In this document: one piece after another, positions 1-9,800 of the stretch
How positions within the stretch are numbered: the first letter of the stretch is position 1
How the letters are laid out: each line of letters begins with the position of its first letter
NCBI GenBank assembly: GCA_938002085.1
Contig: CALLAT010000074.1
Coordinates: 21,173 to 85,172 of the forward strand
DNA: 64,000 bases
Origin: an uncultured Pseudanabaenaceae cyanobacterium
GTDB taxonomy: Bacteria; Cyanobacteriota; Cyanobacteriia; PCC-9006; JAAUQQ01
Direction: 5' to 3'
The notes under the pieces: generated by a model
Told to the model about the DNA's origin: nothing
The model's input: only the letters and a program-made list of their open reading frames with translations
Databases searched by the model: none
Made by a program: the position numbers and the translations under genes

Positions 1-471
1 ATCGGTCGGTATTCCCCCATTGGGCACAAAATCAATGTCGTAGCGCAGCACCACAGGCCCTTGCTGGGAGAAGTAGTAGGCCCGATCAAAACCAGAGCCC
101 CCATCGAGCTGGTTGTCGCCACTTCCACCAAACAAGCGATCGCTACCAGCGCCACCGTTCAGACTATCGTTGCCCGATCCGCCAAATAGCCAGTCCGAAC
201 CGCCATTGCCAGACAACGTATCGTTGCCACCGAGGCCAAAGATGATGTCAGTGAATGAACCGCCAGAAAGCGTGTCATCGCCACTGGTGCCAATTTGGAA
301 GCCCGGAAAACGAGAGCGCCTGGAAGAACGACGAGAAGGCTGGAGGGCAGAAGAGCCTGACTTTAGAACGGGCTCAGCAAAAACGAGGGACGAGCGTATC
401 AGCTCGAGAGATAGGCCCTCTGAGAGGGATAGCTTGGCGATCGCTGCGGCTGAAAATGCAGAAGCAGTCAT
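1..471 (-). CDS. RTX / hemolysin-type calcium-binding repeat protein, N-terminal part (runs off the window edge)
   Basis: Reverse-strand frame with ATG at 471-469, open to position 1 (157 codons). It is absent from the ORF track because it has no stop in the window. My translation: [15 protein letters not shown]...[71 protein letters not shown]. These are tandem GGxGxDxL nonapeptides. Confidence 0.75.
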   Translation of the reverse strand, partial: MTASAFSAAAIAKLSLSEGLSLELIRSSLVFAEPVLKSGSSALQPSRRSSRRSRFPGFQIGTSGDDTLSGGSFTDIIFGLGGNDTLSGNGGSDWLFGGSGNDSLNGGAGSDRLFGGSGDNQLDGGSGFDRAYYFSQQGPVVLRYDIDFVPNGGIPTD

Positions 472-884
472 AAATAATTTCCCTGAGTTGGGTCTTTATC
501 AAGTTCAGAAACCTGACATCCCAACTTTTCTGAGGCATTCCTTATTTCCCGATGTAGACCCCTGATCCTCATGGGCGCTTTATTTTGTTACAGGGCCGAA
601 ATAGAAACTCAGGCAAGGTAAAGCAGTGCGAGCCATGCACCGACCCACCGCGAAGGACAGCGAAATATCAGGAGGCTACCACCGGAATAGCTCACGCTGA
701 GAGATTGGGTGAACATTCGGCCAGGCATTAATTTTGAGGCCTCACCCCAGCCTAAAAGCTGGAATCTCGGTGTTTTAGGAACTACCGAAAGGCCATTGGT
801 CCCAGCTAAATGCCTTGCTCACCCACACTCTGAGCCAGTTGCCGTGAGATAAACTCAGATCTGGCTCAGGACAACCGCACCCCG

Positions 885-2573
885 ATGAACCCAGCTTCCG
901 CCGACAGCTCCACCCCCCAGACTGTTAATCCCAAGACAATCTACGACGCCATCGTCGTCGGCTCCGGCGCCACTGGTGGCATCGCCGCCAAAGAACTCAG
1001 CCAGCGCGGTCTCAAAGTCCTCGTCCTCGAAGCCGGCCGCGATATCTCCCCCAGCGACCTCGCCAATGGCCCCAAGGAAATGGCCAAGCGAGTCTACAAC
1101 CTCCTCACCAAAGAGCAGGGCGTCCAGGCCCAACACCCCGGCTACTGGAAAGCCAACCCTGACCTGTTCACCAACGAAAAGCAAAACCCCTATTCCACAC
1201 CGGAAGGCAAGCCTTTTACGTGGGTGCGTGGTCGCCAAGTGGGGGGCAAAAGCCTCACCTGGGGCGGCATTACCCTGCGCCTCTCCGACTACGAATTTAA
1301 GGCCGCCAGCCGGGATGGCCATGGCATGGACTGGCCCATTAGCTACGACGACTTGGCTCCCTACTACAGCCAATTGGAACAGTTTTTGCAGGTACGGGGC
1401 GATCGCAACAACCTGCCCCAACTTCCCGACGGCGACTACCAACTTCCCCCGGCTGAACTCACCCCAGCAGAGCAGGTGTTAAAGCAACTCGTGGAGGAAA
1501 ACTACGACGATCGCGAACTGATCATCTCCCGTGGCTTCAGCCTCCACAAGCCCACCCCCGAACAGCCCTGGCCTCCCTCATCCAGCCAAGGTGCCGCGCT
1601 CAAAACAGCGATCGACAGCGGCAATGTCACCCTGCAATCCGGCGCAGTGGTCAGCCACCTAATCTTTGATCCAGAAACGCGAAAAGCCAGAGGGGTCGCT
1701 TACGTAGATCGAGAAACCAAACAGCCCCGAGAAGTCTTGGCCAAGACCATCTTCCTCTGTGCCTCCGCGATCGAATCCACCCGCATCCTGCTCCATTCCA
1801 CCGAGCAGCACCAGCCCCATGGCCTCGCCAATGAATCCGACTGCCTGGGTCGCTACCTGATGGACCATGTCTCCACAACTCAATTCTTTCACTGGCCCGA
1901 CTCCCCCATGGCGGAGCAAACCCAGGAAATGTCCGGTAGCCACAGCTTCTTCCTCCCCTGCTTCGTCAACCTAGAAGAACAAACAGAGAACTTTAAGCGG
2001 GGCTATGGCCTCTGGGGTGGGGTGCAGCGCTTTGATATGCCTAGCTTGATCAAAAAAGTCGGTAAGGGTGCGATCGGTTTTCTTATTGCCCATGGCGAAG
2101 TGCTACCCCGCGCTGAAAACCGCATCACCTTAGACAGCGCGACAGATGCCTGGGGCATTCCCATCCCCCATATCGACTGCGCCTGGAGCGACAACGAACT
2201 CAACATGCTGGCCCACATGCATGATCAAATTGAGGCATTGGTCAGCCTGGCGGGGGGACAATGCCTCCGCCTCAATGAGCTATTCCACATTCCGGTGCTG
2301 TCGGAGTACGTCAAGCGCATGGAAAAGACCATGTCTTTTTCTGCTCCACCGGGTTTCTATATTCACGAAGTGGGCGGGGCTCGCATGGGCAGTTCGCCGA
2401 GCAACTCTGTGGTGAATTCCCACAACCAGCTCTGGGAGGCACCCAATGTCTTCGTTACTGATGGAGCCTGCTGGCCCAGCTCAGGCTGGCAAAGCCCCAC
2501 GCTAACGGAGATGGCCGTGACTGCTAGGGCCTGTGACTTTGCTGCGATCGCTCTCCAGCAAGGCAAGCTCTAA
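885..2573 (+). CDS. GMC-family FAD-dependent oxidoreductase
   Basis: 562-aa ORF with ATG at 885. N-terminal Rossmann FAD motif DAIVVGSGATGGIAAKEL...VLVLEAG. The length and the C-terminal HEVGGARMG...VFVTDGACWPS block are typical of glucose-methanol-choline oxidoreductases. Confidence 0.8.
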   Translation: MNPASADSSTPQTVNPKTIYDAIVVGSGATGGIAAKELSQRGLKVLVLEAGRDISPSDLANGPKEMAKRVYNLLTKEQGVQAQHPGYWKANPDLFTNEKQNPYSTPEGKPFTWVRGRQVGGKSLTWGGITLRLSDYEFKAASRDGHGMDWPISYDDLAPYYSQLEQFLQVRGDRNNLPQLPDGDYQLPPAELTPAEQVLKQLVEENYDDRELIISRGFSLHKPTPEQPWPPSSSQGAALKTAIDSGNVTLQSGAVVSHLIFDPETRKARGVAYVDRETKQPREVLAKTIFLCASAIESTRILLHSTEQHQPHGLANESDCLGRYLMDHVSTTQFFHWPDSPMAEQTQEMSGSHSFFLPCFVNLEEQTENFKRGYGLWGGVQRFDMPSLIKKVGKGAIGFLIAHGEVLPRAENRITLDSATDAWGIPIPHIDCAWSDNELNMLAHMHDQIEALVSLAGGQCLRLNELFHIPVLSEYVKRMEKTMSFSAPPGFYIHEVGGARMGSSPSNSVVNSHNQLWEAPNVFVTDGACWPSSGWQSPTLTEMAVTARACDFAAIALQQGKL

Positions 2574-2639
2574 CGCCATTGCTCCGTAACTCAAACATCA
2601 ACCAGCGCAGACATTAATTTTGTACAAGCCGCCGTAGGT

Positions 2640-5600
2640 TTAAGCGGTTTCAACGGCACAGGAAGGTGATTCAGAGGCTTCAGAATCAGCTCCCTCAATT
2701 TGGCGTTGATATTGCTCTAGCTCAAGGGTCAAAGCCAACTCCAATCGCTGGGTTTCGTGCTTCAAACGAGCTTCTAGCTCTGGATAATCAGGGTGCTCGC
2801 TGCGGGCTTCTGTCTCTAGCAATCGGCAAACCTCACTCAGATCGGCGCCCCCTTGATTGCCCACAAAGGACTTGAAATGATGGGCTAGCTGGAACACCTC
2901 CTCATGGCTGTGGGTGGCGATCGCCGCCTCAAGCTCAACCTGATGCCCTGGCCAATCCTGGAGAAAGGCCTGGATACTCTCCACAATTTTGGGAGCCGCT
3001 TTATCCCCATAAAGGGTGTGATAGGTATTAAACAAATACCGCTTCTCCAAGACCGCTGGAGTGACCTCGTTGGATGGAGGCGTTGCAGTGGGACTCAATG
3101 GCTGAGACCCAACAGCCTCCTTACCCTGCGCTGGCGTTAGCCTTTCCTCAACCACTTGCCCAGCCATCCCATGTGATTCAAACCAGTCACGGAATAGGGA
3201 TTCCAACATTTCCAGGCTAATGGGCTTCTGGAGAATTTGATCCATGCCAGACGTTGCGAACTCATCGGAGCCTTCGGCGATCGCAGTCCCCGTCACCCCA
3301 ACAATAAAAGGTTGAGACGAGTCGTCATAAAGCGCTCTAATCTGCTGCACGGCCTTAGGCCCAGTCAATCCAGGCATCTGGAAATCCAGCATCAACAAGT
3401 CATAGGCCACGGCTTTACAGGCTTCTACCGCCTCCAATCCGTTGCTCACGATACAGGCCTGATGGCCCAAATAGGTCAGCATTTCCTGCATGACCCGTTG
3501 GTTACTCAGTTCATCTTCAGCCACCAAAATATTCAACAGAGCCGGTGCCGTTTTAGGTCGGACTGACGTATCTGCATCAGCTCCAGCAGCAGAGGCGATC
3601 GCCACTTTGGCTGCCATCGCAACAGATTCTGAACCCCCATTAGCATCAGCCACAGCACCATCGGCATAGCGGTAGCGAACACCAAGATGCTTGGCCAATG
3701 TCTCGACTAAATCTTGCTCCTGAAATGGCTTACGCACAAAGTCATCACAACCTGCCTCTAAGGCGATCTGATGATCCTCTTCAAAAGCATTTGCAGTTAG
3801 CGCTACGATAACGGGCGGATGCTCCTGGGCCAAGGCTTTAATTTTCCGCGTGGCCGCATACCCATCCATCACAGGCATGCGCATATCCATCCAAATCAGC
3901 GCAGGCGACCAAGTTTGCCATTGTTGAATGGCTTCCTGGCCATTAACAGCTTCCCGTACCTCAAAGCCAAGGTCTAACAGTAAGTCAACCAACAAGAGAC
4001 GATTGACCGCCTTATCTTCAACGACGAGAATTTTAGGCGTCGGCTGGTCAGGCGCTAAGCCCATCACCTGCCTAGCAGGAGCAACCATCTTTTCATTTTG
4101 GGCTTGGGCCGCGCGACCGGCCTGAATCGAGAAGTGGAAGCTAGAACCAACTCCCACCTCACTTTCCACAGAAATATTGCCTCCCATCAACTCAATAAAC
4201 TGCCGACAAATGGTGAGGCCTAATCCTGTACCTTCATGGGAATCTACGCCGGCTTGGGTTTGGGCAAAGGCTTCAAAAATGATGCCCAACTCTTCAGATG
4301 CGATACCCGGTCCTGTATCTTGCACCGAAAAATTGAGCGTGAGATTCCCAGCGCTATCGTCTTCTTCTGAGGAATCCACAGCACAGCTCACCGAAGACTT
4401 CAGTGTCACTGAGCCCTTCTCGGTAAACTTCAGCGCATTACCGAGCAAGTTAATCAAGATCTGCCTTAACTTCCCCTCATCAGCCACAACATACTCAGGT
4501 AAGTCATTGGCCAGTTCAAACTTCAGCGAGATCTGCTTAGAGATTGCAGTATTTTCTAGCATGTCCTCTAAAGTACTGAGGAAAACCGGCAGATGAATGA
4601 GATTGTCTTCTAATTGGGCTTCTCCGGCCTCGATTCGAGACATGGCTAGCACCCCATTAATCAGCGACAGTAAGTGCTCTCCACTTTGGCCAATCGTATT
4701 CAATCTTTGACACTGTTGCTCCGTCAACGATGCATCTCGATTCAACAGTTGGGCCATGCCCAAAATGGCATTCAATGGTGTGCGGAGTTCATGGCTCATA
4801 GTGGCCAGAAAGCGGCTCTTAGCCTGACTTGCAGAGTCTGCAGCCTGGCGAGCGGCCTCAGTCTCACTGAGAAACTTAGCTTGTTGAATTGCTATGCCTA
4901 ACTGAGTTGCAATTTGTCTCGTCAACTCCTTCTCTTTCTCATTCCAAAAACGCGGACCTGAGCATTGATGAATACAAACCAATCCCCAAAGGGTTTCTCC
5001 ATCAAAGAGGGGAGCCACTAAATTGGCCTTAATTTCAAATTTCTGCAGCATCTCCCGATAGCAGCTTTGAGCCTCAGCCTGCTCGACATCATTGATAAAG
5101 TAGATCTGCTCTTGAGTCTTCTGATTTTTATACTTATCGTCAAAAAAACAAGGCTCTTCGATAAACTGATTTAAAGCCGCAGGATAATCTCCCTCCACAT
5201 CTTCGGCCACAACTTTTCCTGCCTTATAGTCTTGACTCGGCAAGAATCTAAAGATCGCGACTCGATCAGCATTTAGTAATCGGCGTAGCTCACTTGTGGT
5301 GGTGGTAAAGATCGTCGTGAGTTCCAGTGAATCTCGGATCTTCTTAATCACCGTATTGAGAATTCTCTGCTGTTCTGCTGCCGAAGCCAGCGCTTCAGAT
5401 TGAAGTTTGACTTTTTCAATTGACTGGCTTTGCTGGAGCGCAACCCCCAGGTGAGTCGCCACTTGAGAGAGGAAAGAAACTTCTGATTCTTCCCAGGTTC
5501 TAACACGCTCATGCTGATAAGCTCCCAGCAATCCCCAGAGTTTCTGGTCCACAAAGAGGGGAGCAATCATATAGGCCTGAACACAGTAATGTTCTAGGAC

Positions 5601-7400
5601 TTCGATATGGCAAGGAGAGAGCTCTGAATTATGGACATCATGAATGACAGAGATTTTCCCATCTCGATATTGAGACCCCTTGGTCTCTTGCATATAGGAG
5701 TCATTCCATCTCTTTCGAGTAGCTAGAATCGTATCCTTCCAGCCCACACTGACAGTGCCAAATTCATCGACAAACTCTCCTCCCCAGTCTGGGTCGAAGC
5801 GAAAGACTGCAACGCGGTCCACTTTCAACAACTGCTGCATCTCTTGGGTGGCAGTCTTGAATAAGTCGCGCATTTCCAGGGGCTTCTGGAGTTTTGCCAG
5901 AATATTCGCGAGGGTCCGTTGCTGATTGGCGATCACGGTCGAATGCTCCAGCTCTACCGTGCGAATACGCACTTGCCGCTCTAGGTTGCTATTGAGCGCC
6001 TGGACCTGTTGATTGAGCTGGAACTGCTTCACTGCCACAGAAAAGCGTTCTCCCAGAGAGCGAATGAGGCGCTGTTCCACATCAGTCCATTTCTGAGCTT
6101 GCCCTTGCATCACTTGCCGCCAAGCATCAAAGGATTGGCGAGGAGCCAACTGGCGCTCATCCGGCGCGTGATAACCAGCCCAGGTAATTTCCTGATCGAT
6201 GGCATCACGGAAAATGGTCAGGCAGCCAATCAAGCTTCCACCATAATGGAGTGGACAAATGAGGAGACCTCGCACATCCGTTTCTTGAAAGTGGGGGGAG
6301 ACCGATCGCAAAAGCGGCTCTTTATACAAGTCTGCGATCGCCCAAACCCTGGGCGACTCCCCGACGACGGAATGGGCCAAGGGATCTTGGGCATAGGTCG
6401 TCTTCATCCAAGCCACAGACCAGGGCTCTAGTTGCTCAGACTCTGCACTCCGATTCAATGTGGACAGCAAATACCGCTGCCAAATTTGATGCTCTTCTAC
6501 GAGACGGAGCTGCCCTCCCACATCACCTGGCAAGAGCGTGGGTTGACTACCCACCTGATACACCGTCGGGGGCTGATGAGCATTGGCTCCAAATAGATAT
6601 AGACGTCCACCCGAACCTTGATACACCGCCACAGTTTCATTCAGGGCTTGTTGCAACTGCACCTGAGCGGGCGTATATAAAAGCGCGGTCACCCGATTAA
6701 GCTCAGCCTCTAAACGGGCCTGTTCTCGCACCTTCTCCAACAGCACAGACTGGGAGATGGCCACAGAGACCTGATCCACCACCAGCTGAATAAAATCCAG
6801 TTCTGCTGCCGATACCGTTCGAGGTTGAGCGTTGTGAGAGATCAGGAGCCCCCACAACTTGCCGACTTTAGGTTGACCCGTCTCTTCTTGGGCAACTGCT
6901 CCAGATTGTTCCAAAACGATGGGAACCACGACGGAAGATTGGACCCCCATAGCCAGTAGGTACTCTAAATGGCAGGGGTCAATCCTACGAGTGCTCAACT
7001 GGGTATAAACCCAAGCAGAGCAGGATTTTTCAGGATCTAACTGGCTCGTAAAAACAGATTTTTTGTCAATTTCAACAATCGTTCGCTGCCGCTGCTGTAA
7101 GAGCAGCTCACGGGTGTAGGGAGGAATATCATCAACGGGAAAATGCAGGCCTTTAAGGGGAGGCAGGTTCTCTGCATTTAGGGCTTCTGCAATCACCCAG
7201 CCATGGCCATCGGGTAAAAACTGATAGATTTCGACGCGATCCGTTGCGAGGTAATCTCGAACTTCCGCCACTGTGGTGGAGAGGATTGCTGGCAGATCGA
7301 GGGAATTTCGAATTCGGTTGGTAATCCGATTCAGCAAAAGTTGTTCCGACGTCCCCGTAGAGGCGGACCGGACGAAATTGGAGAAACTATGCTGATTCAT
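2640..7400 (-). CDS. Multi-GAF phytochrome-like hybrid sensor histidine kinase (GAF-PHY, GAF, GAF, HisKA-HATPase, REC, REC, HPt)
   Basis: 1586-aa ORF with ATG at 7400. Motifs read by eye: phytochrome GAF (HFPVDDIPPYTREL; DPCHLEYLLAMGVQSSVVVPI); PHY tongue (WAG...PRQSF); two further GAFs (DRVAVFRFDPDWGGEFV...SPCHIEVLEHYCVQAYMIAPLF; DRVAIFRF...SCYREMLQKFEIKANLVAPLF); H-box MSHELRTPLNAILG; ATPase boxes GNALKFT, DTGPGI, GTGLGL; two receivers (ILVVEDKAVNR...MDMRMPVMDG; ILVAEDELSNQ...LDFQMPGLTG); HPt-like QLAHHFKSFVGNQG. Confidence 0.9.
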   Translation of the reverse strand: MNQHSFSNFVRSASTGTSEQLLLNRITNRIRNSLDLPAILSTTVAEVRDYLATDRVEIYQFLPDGHGWVIAEALNAENLPPLKGLHFPVDDIPPYTRELLLQQRQRTIVEIDKKSVFTSQLDPEKSCSAWVYTQLSTRRIDPCHLEYLLAMGVQSSVVVPIVLEQSGAVAQEETGQPKVGKLWGLLISHNAQPRTVSAAELDFIQLVVDQVSVAISQSVLLEKVREQARLEAELNRVTALLYTPAQVQLQQALNETVAVYQGSGGRLYLFGANAHQPPTVYQVGSQPTLLPGDVGGQLRLVEEHQIWQRYLLSTLNRSAESEQLEPWSVAWMKTTYAQDPLAHSVVGESPRVWAIADLYKEPLLRSVSPHFQETDVRGLLICPLHYGGSLIGCLTIFRDAIDQEITWAGYHAPDERQLAPRQSFDAWRQVMQGQAQKWTDVEQRLIRSLGERFSVAVKQFQLNQQVQALNSNLERQVRIRTVELEHSTVIANQQRTLANILAKLQKPLEMRDLFKTATQEMQQLLKVDRVAVFRFDPDWGGEFVDEFGTVSVGWKDTILATRKRWNDSYMQETKGSQYRDGKISVIHDVHNSELSPCHIEVLEHYCVQAYMIAPLFVDQKLWGLLGAYQHERVRTWEESEVSFLSQVATHLGVALQQSQSIEKVKLQSEALASAAEQQRILNTVIKKIRDSLELTTIFTTTTSELRRLLNADRVAIFRFLPSQDYKAGKVVAEDVEGDYPAALNQFIEEPCFFDDKYKNQKTQEQIYFINDVEQAEAQSCYREMLQKFEIKANLVAPLFDGETLWGLVCIHQCSGPRFWNEKEKELTRQIATQLGIAIQQAKFLSETEAARQAADSASQAKSRFLATMSHELRTPLNAILGMAQLLNRDASLTEQQCQRLNTIGQSGEHLLSLINGVLAMSRIEAGEAQLEDNLIHLPVFLSTLEDMLENTAISKQISLKFELANDLPEYVVADEGKLRQILINLLGNALKFTEKGSVTLKSSVSCAVDSSEEDDSAGNLTLNFSVQDTGPGIASEELGIIFEAFAQTQAGVDSHEGTGLGLTICRQFIELMGGNISVESEVGVGSSFHFSIQAGRAAQAQNEKMVAPARQVMGLAPDQPTPKILVVEDKAVNRLLLVDLLLDLGFEVREAVNGQEAIQQWQTWSPALIWMDMRMPVMDGYAATRKIKALAQEHPPVIVALTANAFEEDHQIALEAGCDDFVRKPFQEQDLVETLAKHLGVRYRYADGAVADANGGSESVAMAAKVAIASAAGADADTSVRPKTAPALLNILVAEDELSNQRVMQEMLTYLGHQACIVSNGLEAVEACKAVAYDLLMLDFQMPGLTGPKAVQQIRALYDDSSQPFIVGVTGTAIAEGSDEFATSGMDQILQKPISLEMLESLFRDWFESHGMAGQVVEERLTPAQGKEAVGSQPLSPTATPPSNEVTPAVLEKRYLFNTYHTLYGDKAAPKIVESIQAFLQDWPGHQVELEAAIATHSHEEVFQLAHHFKSFVGNQGGADLSEVCRLLETEARSEHPDYPELEARLKHETQRLELALTLELEQYQRQIEGADSEASESPSCAVETA

Positions 7401-8006
7401 AAGTTCTAAAATCGATGGATTGAAAGACTAATCTTCAATCTCACAAAAAAATGGTCTTGTCCTGAATTCCTCGAAGGCGCAGCCGCCTCTCCCTTAGCCC
7501 ATCACAAGAAATGATGACTAAATGCTTTCAACCCGACTCACTTTTACTATTCCCGAACAAGCCAGACAGAGGGCTTAGCCAGCTTATAATTCAGTATCTA
7601 CACGCGTGTTAACGACGAAAAACTAAGTAGAACGGGCGAGAAGAAATTCAGTTCTGAGAGACAACCCAGTATTCAAAAGACATCAAAAGGCAGCATTTCA
7701 TCAGTACTTCAGACTCTCTCTAAATCACTTTTAGTTCGAAGAAAGTGACCGAATCCAGAAGCTTTAATCGCAAATGACAGATGTTAAGGCAACAGGCCTT
7801 TCCCCAAGAAGCCATAACTCAGCAAGCTTGAACAAGAGATAGTTGATCAACAGCCACTCGAACCAGCAATCGACACCTCACGACCGGCTTTTCACCTCGC
7901 CGATCTCCTTAAGACTCGCAACAATATGGCCTAACTGACTCCTAGAGCCCAGTTTGAAATGATACGTTTAGCCCCATTGTGCTTATGCCAGGAAGAGAGT
8001 CTAACG

Positions 8007-9302
8007 ATGCAAATTCGAGGGGTAAAGTGGATTGCTGTGGCGATCGCCACAGCTAGCATCACGGTCATTTGCGCCACAACCTTGCATGTTATTGGCCAAA
8101 ACAAAGTCCAGACAGTCCGCCTGGCCACGGGTAGCAGTAGCGGCGAATACTATGCCTTTGGTCAGGCGATCGCCCAGGTCACCCAACGCCATTACCCCAA
8201 GCTCAACATTGACGTGGTGGAATCCTCTGGATCGGCTCAAAATATGGCGAATGTCGATGCAGGCATCGTGGAACTGGCAATGGTCCAAAGCGACACGCCC
8301 ACCCAACGGAATGTCCAGGCAGTCGCTTCCCTCTATCCCGAGATGTACCACTTCATTGCGGGGAGCAAAAGCCAGATTACCAGCCTCAAAGACATGAGAG
8401 GCAAGCGCATTGCCATCATGCCCGAAGGCAGCGGCTCCCATAGTCTGTTTTGGCCCCTAATAGCTCACTATGGCTTGGCTCCAGAAGACATTACGACCTT
8501 ACCCATGACTGCAACAGAGGCCTATCAAGCCCTGGAGGGCGATCGCGTCGAGGCCCTGTTCCAAGTCATCGGCCTAGGCAACGAAGCCATTGGCAATCTG
8601 CTCCGGTCAGGCAAGGCCAAGCTCGTGCCGATCCAACAAATTGGCTCCCTGCAACTCTCCCAGCCATATCTGGAAACCGTCACGATTCCCCAAGGCGCCT
8701 ATGACGGGGGCAAACCCATCCCCGCCCAAGACCTGCCCGCCGTTAGCGTCAGTGCCTTGCTCATCGCCAATCAAAACGTAGAGCCGGAATTGATTCACAG
8801 CATCACGAAGGTGTTGTATGAGCATCGCAGTGAATTAATTGCCATCAACCCTCGCACAGCCCGCATCCAGCATCCTGAGGCCAGCCGCAATCTGGGTTTT
8901 CCGCTCCATGCGGGAGCCAGCAGCTACCACAACAAAGACAAGCCCAGTTTTTTGATCGAGTACGCTGAACCGATTGGCTTACTCGTTTCCGTTGGTGTTC
9001 TGCTAGCTTCGAGTCTTTGGCAGCTGCGCCAATGGCTGCTCAACCGCCAGAAGGACCGAGCAGACATGTACAACCTGGAGATTCTCAAACTGATTGAATC
9101 AGTCAAACAATCCCAACGAGTCGAAGAGCTAGAAACGATCCAAGACCAGCTCCTAAAAATCTTCAGGCAAGTGGTGGTCGATCTCGATGAAGATCGCATC
9201 TCGCCGGAATCGTTCCAGTCCTTCACGTTTCCCTTTGAGGTCGCACTCTCCAGCATTCGCCACCAGGAATTGCTGCTGACCAATAGCTTCGTCAGGCGCT
9301 GA
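8007..9302 (+). CDS. TAXI-family TRAP-type solute-binding protein with C-terminal membrane anchor and coiled-coil tail
   Basis: The ORF track gives 7959..9302. The first ATG followed by a hydrophobic leader (MQIRGVKWIAVAIATASITVICA) is at 8007. LATGSSSGEYYAFGQAIAQV matches the TAXI signature. The last ~120 aa hold a TM helix (PIGLLVSVGVLLASSLWQL) and a heptad-like region. Confidence 0.7.
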   Translation: MQIRGVKWIAVAIATASITVICATTLHVIGQNKVQTVRLATGSSSGEYYAFGQAIAQVTQRHYPKLNIDVVESSGSAQNMANVDAGIVELAMVQSDTPTQRNVQAVASLYPEMYHFIAGSKSQITSLKDMRGKRIAIMPEGSGSHSLFWPLIAHYGLAPEDITTLPMTATEAYQALEGDRVEALFQVIGLGNEAIGNLLRSGKAKLVPIQQIGSLQLSQPYLETVTIPQGAYDGGKPIPAQDLPAVSVSALLIANQNVEPELIHSITKVLYEHRSELIAINPRTARIQHPEASRNLGFPLHAGASSYHNKDKPSFLIEYAEPIGLLVSVGVLLASSLWQLRQWLLNRQKDRADMYNLEILKLIESVKQSQRVEELETIQDQLLKIFRQVVVDLDEDRISPESFQSFTFPFEVALSSIRHQELLLTNSFVRR

Positions 9303-9800
9303 GGTTTCGCTGGACCTGGATATCAGCGCTTTTCCGCAGGAATTATTTTGAGCCTTAGGCTGTCCGCAAAAGCCAAGCTCTCCAAACTTGTTGCTAATGT
9401 TGCTAATCCTTCTCCCTCCAGCAGAACGCGGGCTCCGTGGCCTCGCGGAATCAGGTCCAGCGAATGTCGAAACCACTCAACGGAGCATAATCGAAGGCGT
9501 ATTTTCTCATCCTCATGACATAAAACAGCTGGAGAACCTACGCGACAGCGACCGAACTTTCTCCAGATAACGATTTGATTGAACTTGACTCCCATGGGGA
9601 TATCAGCATTACTGACATTAACACCAGTCAGATAACCATCAACCCCAACTGGGACAATGCCGGAGGAACCGGAGGAATAGGTTCTATGCTGCTGACCTAA
9701 AATTTTGCCACCCCATTCAAGCGTATCCACATCGAGCTCAAACATTCTGCATTGCCAGCGCTTTGAGAAGCATCATGTCACAAGCTATTTATAACGCTCC

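Noticed and set aside
855-1482. ORFs 855..1442 (-) and 976..1482 (+) overlapping the GMC oxidoreductase gene. The same applies to many similar 60-190-aa ORFs overlapping long genes throughout the track.
   Set aside because: They are alternative-frame or antisense shadows of high-GC coding sequence. Their translations are Ala/Gly/Arg/Pro-rich and they lie wholly inside much longer ORFs that carry clear family motifs.
9323-9745. 140-aa minus-strand ORF between the TAXI gene and the secreted 191-aa protein.
   Set aside because: The first ~65 aa look protein-like (MFELDVDTLEWGGKILG...VGVDGYLTGVNVSNADIPMGVKFNQIVIW). The remainder is Arg/Cys/Leu-rich and junk-like. It may be a decayed gene fragment or a short real gene with a read-through artefact. 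I recognised no family and cannot support a call.
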